Shown: in pieces, positions 53,190 through 64,000 of the stretch
Layout of the letters: the number at the start of each line of letters is the position of its first letter
Position numbering within the stretch: position 1 is the stretch's first letter
Source of the DNA: the human T2T-CHM13v2.0 reference genome, Homo sapiens
DNA length: 64,000 nt
NCBI RefSeq assembly: GCF_009914755.1
Contig: NC_060947.1
Direction: 5' to 3' (one strand)
Position numbers and translations under genes: made by a program
Notes under the pieces: model-generated
Databases searched by the model: none
What the model was told of the DNA's origin: nothing
Seen by the model: only the letters and a program-made list of their open reading frames with translations

Positions 53190-55390
53190 TCAAACTTTTC
53201 TGATCACAGTGGTGTGAAACTAAAAATCAATAACAGGAGGAAAAGTGGAAAATTCATACATGTGTGCAAACTAAACAACACATTCCTAAAGAATAAGTCA
53301 GTCAAAGAGGAAATTAAAAGGGAAGTAAAAAAATACAGAGAGACAAATGAAAATGGAAGCATAAGATGCCTAAATTTATGGAATGCAGCAAAAGTAGTTC
53401 TAAGATGTGATAAACTTCTACATGAGGTAAAAACAAATATCTCAAATAAACAATCTAAATTTACACCTAAAAGAACTAGAAAAAAATAAAGTCCAAATTC
53501 AGCAGAAAAACAAAATAAAAATAATCAGAGTAGAAATAAATGAAATAGAGACTCCAAAGAAATCAATATAAAAGATCAATGAAAGTAAGAGGTGGTTTTT
53601 AAAAGATAAAATCAGTAAACTTTAGCTAGACTAAGAAAAAAAGAGAAATAAATAAAATTGTAAAATGAAGAAGAGACATTACAACTTATACCACAGAAAT
53701 AAAATGATCATAAGAGTCTAATAGGAACAATTATACAGCAAAAACTGGATAACATAGAAGAAATGGATACATTTCTAGAAAGATATAAGCTTCCAAGACT
53801 GAATCATGAAGAAACAGAAAATCTGAACAGACCAATAATAAATAAAAAGATTGATTCAGTAATCAAAAATCTTCCAACAAAGAAAAGCACAGGACTCAAC
53901 AGCTTCACTGGTGAATTCTACCAAATTTTTAACAACAACAACAACAACAACAAAACACTAATCCTTCTCAAATTGAGGAGGAGGGAACATTTTCAGACTT
54001 ATTTTATGAGGCTGGCATTACCCTAACACCAAAACCAGAAAAGGGCACTACAAGAAAAGAAAGTTTGGCTGGGCATGGTGGCTCATGTCTGTAATCTAGG
54101 CAATTTGGGAGGCTGAGGTGGGTGGATCACTTGAGCCCAGGAATTCGAGACCAGCCTGGCCAACAGGGTGAAACCCCGTCTCTAATAAAAATACAAAAAT
54201 TAGCTGTGTGTGGTGGCGCATGCCTGTAGTCCCAGGTACTTGGGAGGCTGAGGCATGAGAATCACTTGAACCTAGGAGACAGAGGTTGCAGTGAGCTCAA
54301 ATCATGCCACTGCACTCTAGCCTGGGTGACAGAGCAAGACTATGTGAAAAGAAAGAAAGAAAGAGAGAGAGAGAAAGAGAGGGAGGGAGGGAGGGAGGAA
54401 GGAAGGAAGGAAGGAAGGAAGGAAGGAAGGAAGGAAGGAAGGAAGGAAGGAAGGAAGGAAAGTAAGTTTACACGCCAGTTTTTCTGATAAGCATAGAAGC
54501 AAAAATTCTCAATGAAGTACTGGTAAAGTGAATTCAACAGCAGATGAGGAGGATTACACATGATTAAGTAGGATTTATCCCTGATGCTTCAACTTGCCCA
54601 AACCAATCAATGTGACACACCACATCAACAGAATGAAGGATAAAAACTCTACAATCATCTAAATAGATGCAGAAAAAGCATTTGAGAAAATTCAATATCC
54701 TTTTAAGATAAAAACTCTCAGCAAATTAGGCATAGAAAAATGTATCTCAAAATAATAAAGGCCATATATGACAAACCCACAGCTAACTTAGAAAATGTAA
54801 AAAAATAAGTTTTATCTCCAAGATCAAGAATAAGACAAGGATGCTCACTCTTACCACTTTTATTCAATATAGTACAAGAGTTCTTAGCCAGAGAATATAG
54901 TCAATAAAAAATTAAAAGATATCCAAATCAGAGAGGAGGAAGTAAAATTGTATCTGTTTGCTAATGACATGATCTTATAAATAGAAAACCCTAAAGAATC
55001 TACCAAAAATAATCCATTAGAACTAACAAACAAATTCAGTAAAATTGTAGGATACAAAATCGACGTATGGAAATTAGTAGTGTTTCTACACACTAACAAT
55101 GAACAATCCAAAAAAGAAATCAAGGAAACAATCTCTCATTACATCTATTTAGTCCTATTTAATGCAACAGAATCAAAAAATTCTTAGGAATAAATTTAAC
55201 GAAGGAGGTAGAAGATCTGTACACTGGAAACTATAAAATATTTGCAAAATCCATTGAAGAAGATATAAATAAATGGAAATATATCTGATGTTTATGAATC
55301 CTAGAATTAATATTGTTAAAATATTCATAATGTCCAAACAGATCTACAGATTCAATGTAATTTCTATCAAAACTCCAATGGCATTTTTCA
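53190..55390 (+). mobile_element. L1M ORF2 fragment (end of EN, Z and RT regions)
   Basis: FSDHSGVKLKIN (ORF 53097-53489); [17 protein letters not shown] (ORF 53763-54026). Confidence 0.85.
54067..54460 (+). mobile_element. Alu (Sz/Jb-like) with a long (GGAA)n tail
   Basis: Full dimer; tail (GAAA)(GA)(GGGA)(GGAA)n at 54346-54460. Confidence 0.9.
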
Positions 55391-57234
55391 GAAGATGCTC
55401 GAAAATTATCACAAGCATCATTATTTGGTTAAATATTCACTAAGTATCTTCTCTGTGCTAAGTTTTGGAAAATAAGGCAATGTAAAATGGGGTATCTTCT
55501 GTGACGGAACTGAAAATCTGGTTGAACAAACATTGCACATACATAAAGATATTAATTACAATGCAAGAAACTGGATGCTGTGAGTAAAAGAGCGTAATGG
55601 GCAATAAACGCCATTGGGAGGTCAAAGAAGGAATAATTCAGGAAGTCAAAGATGATTTGTGAATGCTTACGAGAGAAGAAAGGGGGGTAGGAGCTAAGCA
55701 CAAAAACAAGTAGAAAATACTAGTCTACATTTTAAAATTTATCTGGTGTGTATATATTTATTTGAATTTAACACATAAAACTATGCTGCCACGTCTATCC
55801 CATTCTTTTTTCTCTTATTGAGATATAATTCATAAGACATAATATGTATTATTTTAAAATGTACAATACACAGTTATTAGTATATTCACAAATTTGTTCA
55901 ACTCTCACTAGTATCTATCTCTGATCATTTCCTTACCCTCCCCCACATATCCTATATTAGCAGTTTTTTCTCATTCTCCCTCTCCCCAGTCACTAGCAAC
56001 CACTAATCTATTTTCTGTCACTATAGATTTGCCTATTGTAGGCATTTCAAAAAATTGAATCATACTATATGTGGTCTTTTGGAGCTGATTTATTTCACTT
56101 AGCATAATGTTTTCATAATGTTTTGCATATGTGGTGCAAAATGTATCAGTACCTCATTCCTTTTATGGCTGAATAATATTGCATTTGCATGGATATATCA
56201 CATTTTATTTATCCATTCATCAGTTGAGCATTTTAGTTATTTCCACTTTATGGCAATTATGAATGATGCTATCTATGAACATTCATGAACCAATTTTTGT
56301 ATGGATATATATTTTCAGTTCTCTAGAGTATATACCTAAAAGTGGGACATAAGGCACCTCTATGTTTAACTTGTGTAACTTTTTGAGGAACTATAAAGCT
56401 GTTTTCCAAAATGGCAATAGCATTATTCATTTACCACCAAAAATATATATGAATTCTAATTTTCCACATTCTCACCAGCACCTGCTGCTGATTGACGTTT
56501 TAAGAATAGACTTGCCTGTAGATACGAAGTGGTACCTTATTACATTATAGTTTTGATTTGCATTTCCCTGATGGCTCATGATGTTGAAAACCTTTTATGG
56601 GACTATTGACCTTTTGTGTGTCTTCTTCGGAGAAATGACTATTAAAATCTTTACCCATTTCTTTTAAAATTAATTATTATTTATTTACAAAAGATGTCAC
56701 CTTTTTAAAAACAGAATTTATTTTTTGAATAGTTCAGATTCACAGCAAAATTGAGTGGAAAGTACAGAGTGTTCCCATATACTTAGCACCTCTACATATG
56801 CATAATCTGTCTCATTATCAACATCCTACCCCAGAGTAGAAGGTTTATTACAATCAGTAAATCTACACTGACACATCATCACCACCCAAAGTCCACATTT
56901 TATATTAGGGTCACTCTTAATGTTGTACATTCTATGATTTTGATACATGGATAATAATATGTTCACACCATTACAGCAACACAGAGTGGTATCACTGCCT
57001 TAATATTCCTCTGTGTTCTCCCTACTCACCCCTCCCTCCTCCTCACCCCTGGCCAACACTGAACTTTCTACTGTCTCCATAGTTTTGCCTATTATGGAAT
57101 GTTATATAGTTGGAACACTACAATATGTAAACTTTTCAGATTGGCTTCTTTCACCTAGTAATATACATTGAAGATTCCTCAATGTCTTTTCATGACTTGA
57201 TAGCTCATTTATTTTTAGTGCTTAATAATATTCC

Positions 57235-57527
57235 GGCTGGGCAAGATGAGTCACTCCCGTAATCCCAGCACTTTGGGAGGCCTAGGCGGGAGGATCACTT
57301 GAGGCCAGTAGTTCAAGACCAGCCTGGCCAAAATGGTGAAACCCCGTCTCTACTAAAAATACAAAAATTAACCAGGCATGGTGACACAGGCCTGTAGTTC
57401 CAGCTACTCAGGAGGCTGAGGCAAGAGAATCCCTTGAAGGTGGAGGAGGAGGTGGAGGTTGCAGTGAGCCAAGATTGCACCACTGCACTCCAGCCTGAAC
57501 AACAGAGCTAGACTGAGTCTAAAAAAA
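57235..57527 (+). mobile_element. AluSz-like
   Basis: Full dimer; TSD aataatattcc / aatatatattcc. Confidence 0.88.
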
Positions 57528-60500
57528 TATATATTCCCTTGTCTGTATGTACCATAGCGTACTTATTCATTTGTCTACTGAAGCACATCTTGGTTGCTTC
57601 CACAGTTTGGCAATTATGAATAAAGCTGCCGTATATATCTGTGTACAGGTTTTTGTGTGGATATATATTTTTAACTCCTTTAAACATATATCAAAAATTA
57701 TAATTGCTGCATCCTTTATTAAGAGTATGCTTAGTTATGTAAGAAACTGCCATACTGTCTTCCAAGGTGGCTATACCATTTTGCATTCCCACCAGCAATG
57801 AATGAGAATTCCTGTTCCTCCTAATTCTTTCCAGAATTTGTTGTTGTCAGTGTTTTGGATTTTCGTCATTCTAATAGATTGTGTAGTGGTATCTCATTGT
57901 TGGGGATTTTTTTTTTTTTTGCAATTCTTTAATGGCATATTTAAAACAAGTACATATTAAAAATATTGGACATCTTTTAATATGTTTACTTGTTATGTAT
58001 ATATCTTCTTTGGGGAGGTGTCCGTTGAGATATTTCATCTATTTATTAATTTGCTTGTTCTTTTTTATTGTTGAGTGTTAGGTGTTCTTTGTGTACTTTG
58101 GATGTCTTTTCCTCTTTAAAAATTTTGTTATTCATCACTTTTGATTGATTTGTGTTGTTTATATGTTTTGGATACTAGACTTTTATACATTTTCTGATTC
58201 TATGCATTGTCTTTTTACTTTCTTGATAATATCCTTTGATGCACAAAAGTTTGTAATTTTGAAGAGTTCTAAATTATCTATATTTTCTCTTGTTGCTTGT
58301 GCTTTATGTATGATATATAAGAAACCATTGCCTAATCTAAAATAATGAAAACTTACCTCCATGTTATCTTCTAAGTTTTAGCTCTTACATTTATGTCTTT
58401 GATCTACTTTCAGTTAATATTTGTATATGATTTGAGTTAAGGGTTCAAACTCAAAGTTTTGCATGTGGATATTCATTTGTCCCTGCATCATTTGTTGAAA
58501 AGACTATTTATTCTCTCATTGAAGAGTCTTGGCAACCTTGTTGAAAATCAATTAAACATAAATGCATAGGTTTCTTTCTCTATCCTCAATTCTATTTCAT
58601 TGATCTTTATGTCTACTCTTTTGCCTGCACAACACATATTTTTTTTACTGTAACTTTGTGGCAACTCTTGAAATTGGAAAGTAGGAGCCCTTGAAATTTG
58701 CTCCTCTTTCTCAGCATTATTTTCGATATTTTCAGTCCCTATTTGGAGAGTTTATTCTGGGTTCTATATGAATTTCAGCATTACCATGTGAATTTCTGTA
58801 AAAAATCTAGTGTGGATTATAATAGGCTTTGCAATGAATCTATAGATAAATTTGGAATGCATTGCCATGTTAACACTATTAAGTCTCCCTATCCAATAAC
58901 ACAGAACTTTTTTTTGTTTATTCACATTTCCTTCAATTTATTTCAATGATATCTTACTGTTTAACTTGTACAAGTCTTTTACTTTTTGATTAAATTTATG
59001 CCTAAGTATTTCATTGTTCTTGTGCTATCAAAAATGGTATTGTTTTCTTAATTTCATTTTCTGATTGTTCACTGCTAGTAATTTTGGGTACTGATCTTGT
59101 ACCCTGCAACCTTGCTCACCTTGTTCATTGGCTCTAATATTTCTTTGGTGAATTCATTTGGATTTTCTATATACAAGATTATATTACCTTCCAGTAGAGA
59201 GCTTAACATTTTTCCCAGTCTTTACATTTCATTAAAACTAAAAGTTTCTAGCTGAAACTTCCACTACAATATAGAATGGAAGTGGTAAAAGCAGACATTC
59301 TTGCCTTGTTGCTGAAGTTAGGGGGAAACCCTTTGTAATTATTAAATAGCTGTTAGCTGTATGTTTTTCAAATGTTTTAAAAAATCAGGTTGAAATAAGG
59401 AAGTTCCCATTCATACCTAGTATTGAGAGTTATCATAAAAGGATGTTGATTTTCTTCCCAATGTTTTGTGTGGCTATTGAGATGATCATGTTTTTTATTA
59501 ATACCATACTGTATATTGATTTACTTTTATATGTTGAACCAACTTTACATTCTTGGAATAAATACCATGTGTTTCTTCATGGTATATATTTCTTTTTATA
59601 TGTTGCTGGATTTGTTTTGTTAGTGTTTTCTTAGAATTGTTATATTTATATTTATGAAGGACATTGGTCTATAAATGTGTTATCTTGTAATGTTTTTGTC
59701 TGATTTTGATATCTGAGTAATACTGACTTTATAGAATGACTTGAGATGTGGTCCTACCTGTTCTATTTTCTGAAACAAGTTTGAAAAGAGCTGGAGTTAA
59801 TTTTTTGCTTACCGTTTAGTAGAATTTACTAGTAAAGGCATCTGGTCCTGGGCTTTTCTTTGTGGGAAGTGTTTTGACTACTATTTTAATTTAATTGCTT
59901 GTTATTCTATTCAGATGTTCTTGTTCTTCTTGAGTCAGTTTTAGTAGTTTGTGTTTGTGTAGGAATTTTTACATTTCATTAAGGCTAACTTATTGGCATA
60001 CAATTCTTCATAGTATTCTACATAATACTGTTATGTATATAAGAGCTGTAGGAATGTCATTGCCTTCACTGCTGATTTTATGAATTTGAGCCCTTACTCT
60101 TTCTTTCTTGTTAATCAGGCTAAAGACTTGTCAGTTTTGTTGATCTTTTCAAAGAACAACTTTAGATTTTGCTGATTTCCTGTTTTTTTTTTTAATTATC
60201 TATGCCATTTATTTCTGCTCTAGCATTTATTATTTTTCTTTTTCTGCTTGCTTTCTGTATAGCTTGCTCTCCTTTCTCTAATTATGGTGGGCATTTACAT
60301 TACTGATTTAAAGCTTTATTTTATAACACAGGCATTTAAAGGTTTAATTTTTTTCTCTTAGCATTGCTTTAGCTGCAACCCATCGACTGGGGTATACTGT
60401 GTTTCATGTTCATTCATTTCTAGTATTTTCTAATTTTTCTTGTGATTTCTTTCTCAAGTTATTTAAACTTGATTTTAAAATAATTGTCCATAACTTGTCA

Positions 60501-60735
60501 ATTTCACAAATTTTCTCCAGTTACTGATTCTAATTTTATTCATTTTAGTCAGAAAATTATTTTGTATTATTTTAATCTTTTAAATTTATTTAAACTTTCT
60601 TTAGAGCATAACATATGGTCAAACACTGGGAATGTTCCATGAGAACTTGAGAAGAATGTGTAGTCTGTCTTTGAGTAGAATAATCTAAAAATGTCTATTA
60701 GGTCTAGTTTTTTTGTACTAAAGTCTCCTATTTAG

Positions 60736-61146
<411 letters not shown>

Positions 61147-62312
61147 TAGTTTTTGTTTTCAGTATTTTGAGGTTCTGTCGCTGGCTGCACATATGTTTGT
61201 AACTTTTGTATGGATCGACTATCTGCTACCAAGTTTTGACCTAAACACTATTTTTTTATATTAAGGTGGTCATTATAGCCCCTTTTGTTACTGTTTGCAT
61301 TGTATATTTTGCTATTCTTTTACTTTTAATATATTTGTGACTTTGAATCTAAAATATGTCTCTTTATAATCTTTGCTCTAAGTCCTTTATATCAGATAGG
61401 AGAAAAAGAGTTTTGCAAACTAAAAATATATTCATACTGTTATCTGTATTTACTTATGCAGTTACCTATAGCAATATTCTGTATTTCCTTACATAGATTC
61501 ATTTTACTTTCTTGTACACTTTCATTTGATTCTGAAATACTCCTTTTACAATTATTCATCAAGCACATGTTTTAACAACACATTTTCTCAGTTTTTGTTT
61601 ATCTGGAAATGTTTTCATTTCTCTTTATTTTTTTAAAAGGATACTTTTGCTAGATATAGAATTCTTGTTTTTTTAGCACTTTGAATATGTTATTGTACTA
61701 TCTTTTCAAATTCAAAATTTCTCTATGGCTTTTTATTGAATGAAATTTCTATATTTTTGATATTATCTATTTGAGAAGACATTCTTCTCAGACTTTGTTT
61801 TTATTTCTTTAGACATAGTTTTCTTTTGTTCCCTGCACATATTTAAAGTAATCGTTTTAAAATCTTGTCTCTACATTCATATCTGGTCTTCCTCAGAGAA
61901 AGTTTCTATTCTCCATTTTATTTCCCATGCATAGATCATGCATTCTTGTTTCTTTGCATTTTGTGTAATTTTTTTGATAACTAGATATTTTATATAAAGT
62001 AGCAACACTAGAAATCAGATTCTCTACTTCTTAAGGTTTTATTGTTGCTTCTGTTTACTGATTTTGCTATTCATCTGTTTAAGTGACCTGGCTGAACTAA
62101 TTTTTAAATTCTGTATTCTTTGTATTGTCTGGCCACTACAATCTCTATTCAGATAGCTTCGTGGTCAGCTAATGATTGAACAGATAGTTTCTTAACTGCA
62201 TGGAACCAGTAAGTCTCTGTCTTTGCTGATGGGCTCCATATGCATACTGGAACATATCTTTAGTACTCAGCCAAATTGGGTGCTTTCACTGTTCTTCTGG
62301 AGATTTGGCTGT

Positions 62313-64000
62313 TATTTATTTATTTATAATTATTATTATACTTAAAGTTCTAGGGTACATGTGAACAATGTGCAGATTTGTTACATATGTATACATGTGC
62401 CACGTTGGTATGCTGCACCCATTAAATCATCATTTACATTAGGTATTTCTCCTAATGCTATCCCTCCCCGCTTCCCCCCACCCCACAACAGGCCCTGGTG
62501 TGTGATGTTCCCCACCCTGTGTCCATGTGATCTCATTGTTCAATTCCCGCCTATAAGTGAGAACATGCAGTGTTTGGTTTTCTGTCCTTGTGATAGTTTG
62601 CTCAGAATGATGGTTTCCAGCTTCATCCATGTCCCTACAAAGGACATGAACTCATCCTTTTTTATGGCAGCATAGTATTCCATGGTGTATTTGTGCCACA
62701 TTTTCTTAATCCAGCCTATCATTGATGGACATTTGGGTTGGTTCCAAGACTTTGCTATTGTGAATAGTGCCGCAATAAACATACATGTGCATGTGTCTTT
62801 ATAGTAGCATGATTTATAATCATTTTGGTATATACCCAGTAATGAGATCGCTGGGTTAAATGGTATTTCTAGTTCTAGATCCTTGAGGAATCGCCACACT
62901 GTCTTCCACAATGGTTGGACTAGTTTACACTAACATCAACAGTGTAAAAGTGTTCCTATTTCTCCACATCCTCTGCAGCACCTGTTGTTTCCTGACTTTT
63001 TAATGATTGCCATTCTAACTGGTGTGAGCTGGTATCTCATTGTGGTTTTGATTTGCATTTCTCTGATGACCAGTGATGATGACCATTTTTTCGTGTGTCT
63101 GTTGGCTGCATAAATGTCTTCTTTTGAGAAGTGTCTGTTCATATGCTTTGCCCAATTTTTGATGGGGTTGATTTTTTCTTGGAAATTTGTTTATGTTCTT
63201 TGTAGATTCTAGATATTAGCCCTTTGTCAGATGAGTAGATTGCAAAAATTTTCTCCCATTCTGTAGGTTGCCTGTTCGCTCTGATGATAGTTTCTTTTGC
63301 TGTGCAGAAGCTCTTTAGTTTAATTAGATTCCCTTTGTCAATTTTGGCTTTTGTTGCCATTGTTTTTGGTGTTTTAATCATGAAGTCCTTGCCCATGCCT
63401 ATGTCCTGAAGGGTATTGCCTAGGTTTTCTTCTAGGGTTTTTATGGTTTTAGGTCTAACATGTAAGTCTTTAAACCATCTTGAATTAATTTTTGTATAAG
63501 GTGTAAGGAAGGGTTCTAGTTTCAGCTTTCTACATATGGCTAGCCAGTTTTCCCAGCACCATTTATTAAATAGGGAATCCTTACCCCATTTCTTGTTTTT
63601 GTCAGGATTGTTAAAGGTCAGATGGCTGTAGATGTGTGGTATTATTTCTGAGGGCTCTGTTCTGTTCCATTGGTCTATATCTCTGTTTTGGTACCAGTAC
63701 CATGCTGTTTTGGTTACTGTAGCCTTGTAGTATAGTTTGAAGTCAGGTAGCATGATGCCTCCAGCTTTGTCCTTTTGGCTTAGGATTCTCTTTGCAATGT
63801 GGGCTCTTTTTTGGTTCCATATGAACTTTAAAGTAGTTTTTTCCAATTCTGTGAAGAAAGTCATTGGTAGCTTGATGGGGATGGCATTGAATCTATAAAT
63901 TACATTGGGCAGTATGGCCATTTTCACGATATTGATTCTTCCTATCCATGAGCATGAAATGTTCTTCCATTTGTTTGTGTCCTCTTTTATTTTGTTGACA
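62313..64000 (-). mobile_element. L1PA5/6-like 3' end with ORF2 C-terminus; continues beyond the window
   Basis: ORFs 63139-63927, 62936-63142 and 62540-62911 are frameshifted L1 ORF2 pieces ending ..HCMFSLIGGN. Confidence 0.93.

Noticed and set aside
62540-63927. 262-aa, 68-aa and 123-aa ORFs as a functional gene
   Set aside because: Frameshifted L1 ORF2 C-terminus

Overview
AT-rich primate (very probably human) genomic DNA, dominated by transposable elements: six long + strand L1s, several - strand L1s, nine Alus plus a free Alu monomer, ERV1/ERVL/MaLR LTRs, L2, MIR and DNA transposons. I see no intact protein-coding gene, and most ORFs in the supplied track derive from Alu or L1. The main result is in the non-repeat islands between ~3.5 and ~53 kb. 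Translated by hand on the minus strand, they give stop- and frameshift-riddled peptides that match, in colinear order, the AAA+ core, E3 module and RING finger of the giant ATPase/E3 ligase RNF213 (mysterin). I interpret this as a heavily decayed, intron-containing RNF213 paralog. Old repeats (MIR, L2) appear to sit inside its coding segments, which suggests a very ancient loss. The RNF213 comparison was made by eye against the sequence as I remember it and needs tblastn/HMM confirmation. Repeat subfamily names are best guesses from recalled consensus features.
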